A stretch of 64,000 nucleotides of DNA from Octopus vulgaris (GCA_951406725.2 OX597816.1:18042001-18106000); one strand, 5' to 3'; numbered from the stretch's first letter, positions 1 to 12,282 are shown. The notes: generated by a model from the sequence alone, not told the origin. Numbers and translations are program-made.

Positions 1-168
1 GATTAAAAATTAGTTGAAAGTCGAATCTCTTCGGAGGTAGTTGAAGATATAAAAATAGGTGTTCAGTTCCAACCATATAGGTAACTAACCAGTACTTTCA
101 TAGTATTTTGCTATACCTGAATGAGGTTTGTAACCTTTACTTGTGCTTATCTATCTATCTATCTATCC

Positions 169-202
<34 letters not shown>

Positions 203-203
203 A

Positions 204-251
<48 letters not shown>

Positions 252-473
252 TCAATATAGGGTGGCAAAAAAAAATGTTGTAGAATTCTTTTGCCACCAG
301 CGGCCTAGTGGGAAAAAATTAAATAGTCATAAACCATTTTTAAGTTCAACATCACAATCAAGGAACGGCCATAATAGGCCATTCACCCACTAGAAATAAC
401 AGCCAAAAGCTTTAACCGCAAAATAACGTCAATTCCGTAAACTAGGAGAAAATTGAAAAACATTTACCCTGTA

Positions 474-580
474 ATTTCTTAGACGATGCACCGTTTCATC
501 TTCTGTTTAATGGAAAACTAACCTGATTAAATTAAATCAAGCCAATCTACCATAGGCCCTTAGATTCATCAGTAAGAAAT
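474..580 (-). ncRNA. Type I hammerhead ribozyme, array copy 1
   Basis: Minus strand reads ATTTCTTA-CTGATGA-ATCT...AGAT-GAAA-CG gtgcat CG-TC-TAAGAAAT: 8-bp stem I, intact core, GUC cleavage triplet. Confidence 0.85.
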
Positions 581-965
581 AGCCAAGCCGGAACAGATAT
601 TTTTCACGAGGCATTCTCGTTGCTACCTCGTCAATATCTGACCTAAAATTTTCAAATCGTCGCACTCGCGCCAAATTTATCGGCAGCAAATAAATATAAG
701 CCGCCGATTCCATTACGGAATTAACCAGAAAATTCATAATTAATCAATATAGGGTGCCAAAAAAAAATTTTGTAGAATTCTTTTGCTACCAGCGGCCTAG
801 TGGGAAAAAATTAAATAGTCATAAACCATTTTTAAGTTCAACATCACAATCAAGGAAAGGCCATAATAGGCCATTCACCCACTAGAAATAACAGCCAAAA
901 GCTTTAACCGCAAAATAACGTCAATTCCGTAAACTAGGAGAAAATTGAAAAACATTTACCCTGTA

Positions 966-1072
966 ATTTCTTAGACGATGCACCGTTTCATCTTCTGTTT
1001 AATGGAAAACTAACCTGATTAAATTAAATCAAGCCAATCTACCATAGGCCCTTAGATTCATCAGTAAGAAAT
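966..1072 (-). ncRNA. Type I hammerhead ribozyme, array copy 2
   Basis: Same motif as 474-580. Confidence 0.85.
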
Positions 1073-1458
1073 AGCCAAGCCGGAACAGATATTTTTCACG
1101 AGGCATTCTCGTTGCTACCTCGTCAATATCTGACCTAAAATTTTCAAATCGTCGCACTCGCGCCAAATTTATCGGCAGCAAATAAATATAAGCCGCCGAT
1201 TCCATTACGGAATTAACCAGAAAATTCATAATTAATCAATATAGGGTGGCAAAAAAAAAATTTTGTAGAATTCTTTTGCCACCAGCGGCCTAGTGGGAAA
1301 AAATTAAATAGTCATAAACCATTTTTAAGTTCAACATCACAATCAAGGAACGGCCATAATAGGCCATTCACCCACTAGAAATAACAGCCAAAAGCTTTAA
1401 CCGCAAAATAACGTCAATTCCGTAAACCAGGAGAAAATTGAAAAACATTTACCCTGTA

Positions 1459-1565
1459 ATTTCTTAGACGATGCACCGTTTCATCTTCTGTTTAATGGAA
1501 AACTAACCTGATTAAATTAAATCAAGCCAATCTACCATAGGCCCTTAGATTCATCAGTAAGAAAT
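1459..1565 (-). ncRNA. Type I hammerhead ribozyme, array copy 3
   Basis: Same motif as 474-580. Confidence 0.85.
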
Positions 1566-1950
1566 AGCCAAGCCGGAACAGATATTTTTCACGAGGCATT
1601 CTCGTTGCTACCTCGTCAATATCTGACCTAAAATTTTCAAATCGTCGCACTCGCGCCAAATTTATCGGCAGCAAATAAATATAAGCCGCCGATTCCATTA
1701 CGGAATTAACCAGAAAATTCATAATTAATCAATATAGGGTGGCAAAAAAAAATTTTGTAGAATTCTTTTGCCACCAGCGGCCTAGTGGGAAAAAATTAAA
1801 TAGTCATAAACCATTTTTAAGTTCAACATCACAATCAAGGAACGGCCATAATAGGCCATTCACCCACTAGAAATAACAGCCAAAAGCTTTAACCGCAAAA
1901 TAACGTCAATTCCGTAAACCAGGAGAAAATTGAAAAACATTTACCCTGTA

Positions 1951-2057
1951 ATTTCTTAGACGATGCACCGTTTCATCTTCTGTTTAATGGAAAACTAACC
2001 TGATTAAATTAAATCAAGCCAATCTACCATAGGCCCTTAGATTCATCAGTAAGAAAT
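1951..2057 (-). ncRNA. Type I hammerhead ribozyme, array copy 4
   Basis: Same motif as 474-580. Confidence 0.85.
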
Positions 2058-2756
2058 AGCCAAGCCGGAACAGATATTTTTCACGAGGCATTCTCGTTGC
2101 TACCTCGTCAATATCTGACCTAAAATTTTCAAATCGTCGCACTCGCGCCAAATTTATCGGCAGCAAATAAATATAAGCCGCCGATTCCATTACGGAATTA
2201 ACCAGAAAATTCATAATTAATCAATATAGGGTGGCAAAAAAAAATTTTGTAGAATTCTTTGCCACCAGCGGCCTAGTGGGAAAAAATTAAATAGTCATAA
2301 ACCATTTTTAAGTTCAACATCAGGTTAGTTTTCCATTAAACAGAAGATGAAACGGTGCATCGTCTAAGAAATTACAGGGTAAATGTCTTTCAATTTTCTC
2401 CTAGTTTACGGAATTGACGTTATTTTGCGGTTAAAGCTTTTGGCTGTTATTTCTAGTGGGTGAATGGCCTATTATGGCCGTTCCTTGATTGTGATGTTGA
2501 ACTTAAAAATGGTTTATGACTATTTAATTTTTTCCCACTAGGCCGCTGGTGGCAAAAGAATTCTACAAAATTTTTTTTGCCACCCTATATTGATTAATTA
2601 TGAATTTTCTGGTTAATTCCGTAATGGAATCGGCGGCTTATATTTATTTGCTGCCGATAAATTTGGCGCGAGTGCGACGATTTGAAAATTTTAGGTCAGA
2701 TATTGACGAGGTAGCAACGAGAATGCCTCGTGAAAAATATCTGTTCCGGCTTGGCT

Positions 2757-2863
2757 ATTTCTTACTGATGAATCTAAGGGCCTATGGTAGATTGGCTTGA
2801 TTTAATTTAATCAGGTTAGTTTTCCATTAAACAGAAGATGAAACGGTGCATCGTCTAAGAAAT
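2757..2863 (+). ncRNA. Type I hammerhead ribozyme, array copy 5 (predicted cleavage after C2855)
   Basis: Stem I ATTTCTTA (2757-2764) pairs with TAAGAAAT (2856-2863). Core CTGATGA at 2765-2771. Long stem II closed by ATCT/AGAT. GAAA at 2840-2843, stem III ACG/CGT, GTC at 2853-2855. Confidence 0.87.
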
Positions 2864-3248
2864 TACAGGGTAAATGTTTTTCAATTTTCTCCTGGTTTAC
2901 GGAATTGACGTTATTTTGCGGTTAAAGCTTTTGGCTGTTATTTCTAGTGGGTGAATGGCCTATTATGGCCGTTCCTTGATTGTGATGTTGAACTTAAAAA
3001 TGGTTTATGACTATTTAATTTTTTCCCACTAGGCCGCTGGTGGCAAAAGAATTCTACAAAATTTTTTTTTGCCACCCTATATTGATTAATTATGAATTTT
3101 CTGGTTAATTCCGTAATGGAATCGGCGGCTTATATTTATTTGCTGCCGATAAATTTGGCGCGAGTGCGACGATTTGAAAATTTTAGGTCAGATATTGACG
3201 AGGTAGCAACGAGAATGCCTCGTGAAAAATATCTGTTCCGGCTTGGCT

Positions 3249-3355
3249 ATTTCTTACTGATGAATCTAAGGGCCTATGGTAGATTGGCTTGATTTAATTT
3301 AATCAGGTTAGTTTTCCATTAAACAGAAGATGAAACGGTGCATCGTCTAAGAAAT
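3249..3355 (+). ncRNA. Type I hammerhead ribozyme, array copy 6 (cleavage after 3347)
   Basis: Same motif as 2757-2863. Confidence 0.85.
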
Positions 3356-3741
3356 TACAGGGTAAATGTTTTTCAATTTTCTCCTAGTTTACGGAATTGA
3401 CGTTATTTTGCGGTTAAAGCTTTTGGCTGTTATTTCTAGTGGGTGAATGGCCTATTATGGCCGTTCCTTGATTGTGATGTTGAACTTAAAAATGGTTTAT
3501 GACTATTTAATTTTAACCCACTAGGCCGCTGGTGGCAAAAGAATTCTACAAAATTTTTTTTTTGCCACCCTATATTGATTAATTATGAATTTTCTGGTTA
3601 ATTCTGTAATGGAATCGGCGGCTTATATTTATTTGCTGCCGATAAATTTGGCGCGAGTGCGACGATTTGAAAATTTTAGGTCAGATATTGACGAGGTAGC
3701 AACGAGAATGCCTCGTGAAAAATATCTGTTCCGGCTTGGCT

Positions 3742-3848
3742 ATTTCTTACTGATGAATCTAAGGGCCTATGGTAGATTGGCTTGATTTAATTTAATCAGG
3801 TTAGTTTTCCATTAAACAGAAGATGAAACGGTGCATCGTCGAAGAAAT
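3742..3848 (+). ncRNA. Type I hammerhead ribozyme, array copy 7 (T>G at 3841 breaks the first stem I pair)
   Basis: Same motif but reads GTC-GAAGAAAT instead of GTC-TAAGAAAT. Confidence 0.75.
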
Positions 3849-4235
3849 TACAGGGTAAATGTTTTTCAATTTTCTCCTAGTTTACGGAATTGACGTTATT
3901 TTGCGGTTAAAGCTTTTGGCTGTTATTTCTAGTGGGTGAATGGCCTATTATGGCCGTTCCTTGATTGTGATGTTGAACTTAAAAATGGTTTATGACTATT
4001 TAATTTTTTCCCACTAGGCCGCTGGTGGCAAAAGAATTCTACAAAATTTTTTTTTTTGCCACCCTATATTGATTAATTATGAATTTTCTGGTTAATTCCG
4101 TAATGGAATCGGCGGCTTATATTTATTTGCTGCCGATAAATTTGGCGCGAGTGCGACGATTTGAAAATTTTAGGTCAGATATTGACGAGGTAGCAACGAA
4201 AATGCCTCGTGAAAAATATCTGTTCCGGCTTGGCT

Positions 4236-4342
4236 ATTTCTTACTGATGAATCTAAGGGCCTATGGTAGATTGGCTTGATTTAATTTAATCAGGTTAGTT
4301 TTCCATTAAACAGAAGATGAAACGGTGCATCGTCTAAGAAAT
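4236..4342 (+). ncRNA. Type I hammerhead ribozyme, array copy 8 (cleavage after 4334)
   Basis: Same motif as 2757-2863. Confidence 0.85.
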
Positions 4343-4729
4343 TACAGGGTAAATGTTTTTCAATTTTCTCCTAGTTTACGGAATTGACGTTATTTTGCGG
4401 TTAAAGCTTTTGGCTGTTATTTCTAGTGGGTGAATGGCCTATTATGGCCGTTCCTTGATTGTGATGTTGAACTTAAAAATGGTTTATGACTATTTAATTT
4501 TTTCCCACTAGGCCGCTGGTGGCAAAAGAATTCTACAAAATTTTTCTTTTTGCCACCCTATATTGATTAATTATGAATTTTCTGGTTAATTCCGTAATGG
4601 AATCGGCGGCTTATATTTATTTGCTGCCGATAAATTTGGCGCGAGTGCGACGATTTGAAAATTTTAGGTCAGATATTGACGAGGTAGCAACGAGAATGCC
4701 TCGTGAAAAATATCTGTTCCGGCTTGGCT

Positions 4730-4836
4730 ATTTCTTACTGATGAATCTAAGGGCCTATGGTAGATTGGCTTGATTTAATTTAATCAGGTTAGTTTTCCAT
4801 TAAACAGAAGATGAAACGGTGCATCGTCTAAGAAAT
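4730..4836 (+). ncRNA. Type I hammerhead ribozyme, array copy 9 (cleavage after 4828)
   Basis: Same motif as 2757-2863. Confidence 0.85.
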
Positions 4837-4959
4837 TACAGGGTAAATGTTTTTCAATTTTCTCCTAGTTTACGGAATTGACGTTATTTTGCGGTTAAAG
4901 CTTTTGGCTGTTATTTCTAGTGGGTGAATGGCCTATTATGGCCGTTCCTTGATTGTGAT

Positions 4960-5036
<77 letters not shown>

Positions 5037-5309
5037 GATGTTATGAGAGGTAATGGTGTAACTGAAACCCAAAGGTGCCAGGTTACTCTGAATAAGTGCT
5101 ACAGATGGTCTGCAGTGAAGTTCCAAGTTCGGTGATTATGCGAATAAGGGGTTCAAAGTTGGTTATATGTCAACGTATGTATATAAAAATTTATTTCGTA
5201 ATGCGATAAAAAAACCTAAGGGTTTGTAGATTCTAAAGCATCTATAGGTAGAATGTCTTCTAGAATCTACACTCCCTTGGTTTCTTTTATCTCATTACGA
5301 AATAAAATT

Positions 5310-5530
5310 TTAGATATGCATATATGTGACCTCGTGAGTACCACCGGCGATTTTTTTTTACTCTGTCTTCCCTTCTCGGTATCTTTCCTTTAGCTATGTT
5401 TCCGACGAAGAGCTCCGCTCGAAATGTTAAACCCTCCTTCTTCCCTTCTTTCCTGAGCGTCCAATAATACTTTATTTGTTCCCCGTCCTTGCGTTGTTGT
5501 TTTATGGTTTTCTTGTTTGGATTAACTTTA
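5310..5530 (+). mobile_element. Short PLE-like element with a minimal hammerhead-like motif (5397-5432)
   Basis: GTTT-CCGACGA-A-GAGC tcc GCTC-GAAATGTT-AAAC. Ends in (TA)n. Homologous to 17990-18200 and 31110-31345. Confidence 0.55.
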
Positions 5531-5673
5531 TATATATATATATATATATATATACGAGAAAGAAGCAACAAGAATGGATTGGTTTTTAGTACAATTGTTT
5601 CATACAAAGACAGGCTTTATTACAAGTTGCAAAAATTGCAGCAGATAAAAGTGTCCCGTACTCATCAGCTAAA

Positions 5674-5733
<60 letters not shown>

Positions 5734-5759
5734 ACGTATATATGCGTGTGTATGTGTGT

Positions 5760-5990
5760 TTGTGTGTGTGTGTATTTCTGTGAGTCTTTTTGTTCGTGCC
5801 CCCACCAGCACTTACCAACCGACGTTGGTGGGTGTATGTCTCCATAACTTAGCTGTTTAGTCAAAGACACCGATATAATAACTACTACGCTTAAAGAAAG
5901 AAATCCCGGGATCGAATTGTTCGAATAAAACACTTCACGGTGGTGACCCAGGACGGCCGCAGTCGAATGATTGAAACAGGTAAAAGTTGA
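5760..5990 (+). mobile_element. SINE family B, 3' part (diverged)
   Basis: Similar to the tail at 31370-31580 (ccgtaacttagc...ccgatagaataagtact...gactgaaaca). Confidence 0.7.
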
Positions 5991-6366
5991 AAGATAAATT
6001 AATATATGTACATACATACCTGCATGGATCATGGCTTCTGGTACTGAAATGAAGACAGAAAGCCAAGAATGACCCGTTTTTTTTGCCTGTCCTTCTAATT
6101 GTTGTTTCTGTTGTCCACCTTTCGGTCGTCTATCTGTCCGAACGTTTTAATGCCCTCTTTTGCATTTTTGTTCCATAAATGCTTAGTATTCAATTTTATT
6201 TTTCCAATTATGAATACTTAATAATTGAATGCTGTGAGTTAAAACCAGTTTTTTCTCTCAAAATTTGTCTATTTATTTGTGAACTCGCATATGAAATATT
6301 TTTTTTGTTTTAATCTTGGTATTATATCGCTTAGATTTACTGCCAGACGAATTTTAGCCAGCACTG

Positions 6367-6404
<38 letters not shown>

Positions 6405-7639
6405 GTGTGTGTGCATGTATGTATATATCTATGAATTTAATAAACAACCGAAGGAGCTTATCGATAAGTAACCTTAAGCACTACATATAGTTTCATAGAC
6501 ACATCTATAATATATGCTATTCATCCGGAAGCAATGTTACAGCATCTGTTTAGGCGTTATATATATTTGAAATGCAATGTCGTCGGATAGTGAGAAAATA
6601 TGAATAAAATGTGAAAAAGAGTGATGGAAAAAAAATCGAACGAGAAGAATGAAACAAAATCAAGAAATCTAAGACGTCTGTCCTTCCTCTTTGTAGAAAC
6701 CTCATTTAATATAGAACAAAAGAACAGAAAACATGTCAAAGTCTGCGAGACGGCAACTCAACTCAGATACTGAAAGATGGTTTGGAGATACAAGTCGTAT
6801 TTTATAAATATGCCTACTTAAAGTCTCATGTTACGTCCTGAAGGAATCTAGTTGAGCTCGGTATATAGACATTTGTGCTGCAAGAATCCTGATGTGAAAC
6901 CGTATGTTGAAACAGATATTGTTGAATTTCCGGATGTTTATTTTTTAAACTTTTGTTTTTGCCAAATAAAGTCGTGCAGTATGTATTTGTTCTTGATTCG
7001 TTTATTACTGATCTTATTCTAACTTATGTCCATTGTCCGGAAATCTTTCGTCACACATCTGTGACCTCCTCAGCAATACATTCTCGCTTCGTGTCTACTG
7101 TAGCTCCTTTCATTGCATACTTTTCTTCTATGGTGTGTATCTTTATATGTGCACGCGTTCGCAGCTTGTGTGTGTGTGTGTGTGTGTGTGTCATTGTTCT
7201 TAGTATCATCATGACCCTCCCCTCAGCCCCATCCCCTCCACTCTTGCCGCTGCTGCTGATTTGAACCCGACTTTTGATACTATTGCTGTATCTCTCTGTG
7301 TTTGTGTGTTCCCTCGCGCTGCATCCCCCGTGGTAGTTGTTTTGATTGTTGTTGTTGGCATTGTTACCGCAGTTGCTGCTGTCGTTGTTGGTCGTTTTGT
7401 TGAGACTGTTGCGGCCGTTTGTGAAGTTGCTCTATGTGTGGTTGTGTGCGTATATGGGTTCGATTTCTATGTTGTTTGAATCCGTGCCCTTTACTCAGCT
7501 GTTTTTATCTATCTCTGTTTCTTATACTTATCATAGGTATATGTATTTTTGTCTATTGTGTGTGTATTACATTGTTTGTATCTGGAATTTTCCCCCTTCT
7601 GTCTTTCGTCCTCATGTTGTGCAGTATGGTGGTGGGTGA

Positions 7640-7945
7640 TATTGTTCCATTCGTGTTTTCTGTTGAGAGTCGGTCTGTCTATTGCTATGTGTATAGCCTC
7701 TGTAACGTGTCTAAGTAACGTGTCAGTTCTATGCTTTAACAATACTTTAACCTCTATGATATAATCCGAGCCTCAGTTTTCTACTACAGCATGTAGATAG
7801 AGCACTGGCGAGCCTTTCTCTTCTTTGAGATCTCGCCATTGTTCACCTATACGCACCCCTATTTATGTAGTTATCATGCCTCTGCTCCATCTCTCAGTAC
7901 ATCGTAAGCTATACACTATATTCGTAACGTGACAGTTAACATTTC
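7640..7945 (-). pseudogene. Decayed Penelope-like GIY-YIG endonuclease fragment (element probably extends to about 8660)
   Basis: Minus translation VNCHVTNIVYSLRC...GM..T*IGVRIGEQWRDLKEEKGSPV..H...EAIHIAIDRPTLNRK fits the PLE endonuclease pattern CxxxNVVY-C-YIG-T-R-EH...E-I-P-LN, with stop codons. Confidence 0.65.
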
Positions 7946-10009
7946 ATCCTACATATAATACAGTAGCTCTCCTTACATGAGGGCCTATCGAAGGGATAAG
8001 TTCTACAGATCAAGGATTTGATAGGGGCAGCAAGCCTTCCGACTCCTTTGTAATGTTATGTTTTTCTAAAAAGGTATGCAAGTTCGCCGCCAGGGATAGC
8101 ATCAGCGACCATGCAACTTGTACCTTTTGCTATCATAACATGAGTTGGCCTAATCTACCTTTTTCTGGTTCTTTTTGTGCTGTTCGACGATTGACACCAG
8201 TATAGCGGGCAAATACCCTTAGAATCATTCTCTGTGATAGCTTTGTACTTAGCCCTGGCTTCTTTGTACACTCTGATCTTGTCCCTTTGGCTGTAGCCAG
8301 AGAACTACATACGGTGGTTGAAGTGTCATATGTGCCTTTCCAATTCCACAGGGTCGCACATGCGAGACACATCCCTCATCACTCTCACTGAGTCTGCTAT
8401 AAGAATATTGAACGTGGCGTTGTCTGCAAAAGCTGTGTTCTTATTGACAAGGTATTAACATGCCATGGGTTTGGCATAGCGGGAGTGAAGGGTCTGGACC
8501 TTACTGTTCTTGGTTTCCAGCCAGAGTCTCGTCTCTAAAACTGGTAGTCTATACTTCGGGTGCTTGTTAGGGTTACTTTAATACTCTGGTGAATATAATT
8601 AGCTATTTGCTGGAGGGTCTCCAGAGTGTTAGCTTCTAGGTCATCAACATTGTCTTATAGGGATGTTTTGGCTACTATATATATATATATATGCATGTAT
8701 ATATGTGGGCGTGTATGTACATTTTGTATTTTGTTCCACAGGTATCTATAGATTTTATCTATAGTTATTTATGACTGTATAATATACATATATGTATGTA
8801 TTTAGGAATAATATCCATTACATATGTGTATATCTGTGTATTAGTGCATGTGTGTATATGCCAGCTTATACGCACATGTGTTCGTAAATACACAAATTGA
8901 TGTCTACTCATATATATATATATATTTAACTAATCTATACTCTTGCTCTAAACGGTAAAGTGCTTCAGAATATTCAATATTTGTACACGTTACTGGATAC
9001 TTAGAGCAGAACTCATTATTCCTTGAAAATAAAGCTCTGTAGCTTTTTTTTTTTATTAAACTCTCGGAAGACCTCAGTAATGTACACGTTAATGCAATTT
9101 GAAAATACATTATTATTATCCAATATTTGTGTTATAATTTACCTCACTTATGCAGATTCAATGGTTTGATGTTATACTGCATATTACTAAACGCATCCTT
9201 CTTGTTTTTCCAATTGGGTGTATCAAATTATACGTAGGTATTCAGAAACCCTTTTATGAGTTAAAATCATATGCAATGTCAAGCATTGAAACCCTCCCAC
9301 TTATATACGGTTTATTTTTTCACCTTCATATATGAATCTATTTCCTTTCACCTACTAACTCTCTCGAAATTCATCTAATCAGTAAAGAAACACTTCTGAG
9401 GATAAATCATCTCCTTTACTCTGTTAACTCACTAATATTCACCTTTATGTTCATATTCATAAAAATGGTATTGATAATTGTATAAATGGTGAGAGGTTCG
9501 GTGGGGGGTAATGTGGTAGGATTTGTGTGAAACGCAGTCACACGTTCAAAGTTTCCACATAGAAGCTTTTTACATGATATCGCTAATGTTTTAGAGAAAA
9601 TACTTGAAAGTCAACACTACCCATTCACACTTCTTTCCAATATTATAATCTCACTTTCAATGTAAACACAGAATATTAATGGCGTAAAACGTGATGTAAG
9701 ATATAATATTGCGCAGATTTATTGATGTTTTATATAAGGAGAGAATCACATCGTTAGCAACGCCACACATTTATATATATATATATATATATATATCAAA
9801 TGAATGTGTTAAACTCCTTGAAGAGAATTGTAGTTTAAACATTTCACGTGGTTATTACCAATGTGCTAGTTTTGGTGCTGGTTTATTAACAAATGGAAAG
9901 TATAACGTTATTAAGGTTTCCTTACACACTCTCTATTTTATGAATTTACTGCTTGTTAAAAGATAAGGGGTGGAACTTGAGGTAATGGAATTGCTGTTTC
10001 AGATTGCAT

Positions 10010-10520
<511 letters not shown>

Positions 10521-11673
10521 ACCGAGTGTTGTCACTGTTGTGATCTGTATATCAGCCCTAATAGATGAGATCTATGATAAAAGAGATTTCAGTCATTGCA
10601 ATCCTTATTTTCCAGGGATTACCTTCAAATTACATTATTCAATTAATCCAATTTCAGAGAGTAATGGAATTTGAATGTATCTTGCTGCTGTTTCTAGCAG
10701 ATAAAATACAGCATAGAGAGCATCATTAGTTTAAACAAAATAGTTCCTTTCCCAAGGCTCTCTACTTTAAATGCATTCACTTTCTAAATAGAATCCAGTG
10801 AAGTCATTAAAATCGAGCGTCCATTACCGTTTTATTTGTTGTAGTTATTAACTAATACCTTAGGCGTAAAGATTTGCGTGAAGAAAGTTTCCTCGAAACC
10901 TTCTTTTATGCTTAAAAATTTGTGGTTGTGTTCCAGCCACGGTTTGTTTTCATTCCTTCCCAAACTAGTAGTTCGACAAAAGATGCGGAGGAAAATAAGT
11001 ACTAACCTGATTTCAAAGAAATAAGTTCTGGGTTCGTTTTGGTCGGCTAAAGTCTTCAAATCGATGCCCTAGCATGATGGAAGCCCAATGAATGAAGCCA
11101 GTGAAAGACAAAATAAGGAAACAAAAAAAAAAAACAAAAAGGAAAACGATAAAACTGTGACTTCTCACGGAGAAATAGAAATTCTATTTTTGTTCTTGTT
11201 TCTAATTTACAATTTTATGTAGATGTTGAAAAAAGATCTGCAATGAATTTTGTTACGGTCCACCTTTAGGTCCTCATTCCAATTTATGTTTGAACCTAAC
11301 TAAATTCAATATTTTTACGCAGATACAGATCTATGCCAATATCTGAAATGCCAGCCATCTAACATGTTTGAAATACAAAGCCATTGACTTTAGCTTATAT
11401 GATACTTATCTTCCATGTAGATCAAATAAGAAGCAAGATTTTGACCTGGTGTCTATTTCTTTTGAGCAGAATTCCCTTTATTTATATTCTATTTCTCGCT
11501 GAACGTTTTTAAAGTAGCTTCGGCCGTAATTTTAATTTGTCGCACAATTTTAAATCTCCATGAAGTAATTTCTTCCTCATTTTGAAGACGTCAATGGAGA
11601 TTGCTGTGGTCTGATGTTTGCTAGAATTGGAGTAAGATAGGATATTCCTTACAAGTAAATATTTCTGTTTTGT

Positions 11674-12282
11674 AGGGCGGCAAGCTGACAGAAACATTAG
11701 CACGCCGGGCGAAATGCTGAGCAGTATTTCGTCTGACGCTACGTTCTGAGTTCAAATTCCGCCGAGGTCGACTTGCCTTTCATCTTTTCGGGGTCGATAA
11801 ATTAAGTACCAGTTACGCACTGGGGTCGGTGTAATCGATTTAATACCTATGTTTATCCTTGTTTGTCCTCTCTGTGTTTAGCCCCTTGTGGGTAGTAAAG
11901 AAATAGGTTTTTCGTCTGCCGCTACGTTCTGAGTTCAAATTGCACCAAGGTTTACTTTACCTTTCATCCTTCGAGATCGATAAATAAAGTACAAGTTACG
12001 CACTGGGATCGATGCAATCGACTTATTCCCTTTGTCTATCGTTGTTTGTTCCCTCTATGGTTAGCCCCTTGTGGTCAATAAAAAAATAAGAAACGTTAGG
12101 CCGGGCAAAATCCTTAGCGGTTTTTGGTCTGTCGTTACGTTTAATTTAAAATTCCGCCGAGGTCGATTTTGTATTTCATTCTTTCAGGATCGATTGAACA
12201 AGTACCAGTTATGACCTGAGGTCGATGTAATCGACTTAATCCTCCTGCTTGTTCCCTCTATATTTAGCCCACTGTGGGCAAT
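11674..12282 (+). mobile_element. SINE family A (tRNA-derived, Meta/Sauria-like central motif), internally multimerised
   Basis: GGCGGCGAGCTGGCAGAA...GAGTTCAAATTCCGCCGAGGTCGAC...CCTTTCATCCTTTCGGGGTCGATAAA..AAGTACCAG, core repeated three times. Diverged TSD taaatatttytgttytg. Confidence 0.85.

Larger units (their letters stand above)
247..4960. repeat. Tandem array of a 492-494 bp hammerhead-containing unit in two opposed arms (left 247-2322, about 4.2 units, RNA sense on minus; right 2323-4960, about 5.4 units, RNA sense on plus); retrozyme-like
   Basis: The same 66-aa ORF marker recurs at 737/1229/1722/2214 (-) and 2600/3092/3585/4079/4573 (+). Units differ mainly in the length of a poly-A/T run plus a few SNPs. 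The array is flanked on both sides by (TA)n. Confidence 0.95.

Noticed and set aside
2323-2372. Tenth hammerhead at the junction
   Set aside because: Only the GAAA/GUC half is present. The CUGAUGA half is removed by the inversion junction.
537-4773. Repeated 66-aa ORF (MNFLVNSVMESAAY...) as a protein-coding gene family
   Set aside because: Identity between copies only reflects the young repeat. There is no recognisable domain, and the ORF overlaps the ribozyme and hairpins, which explain the sequence. Translation cannot be excluded but is unsupported.
247-4960. CRISPR array or foldback DNA transposon
   Set aside because: There are no unique spacers and the context is eukaryotic. The two outer ends are at different unit phases, so they are not matching TIRs.
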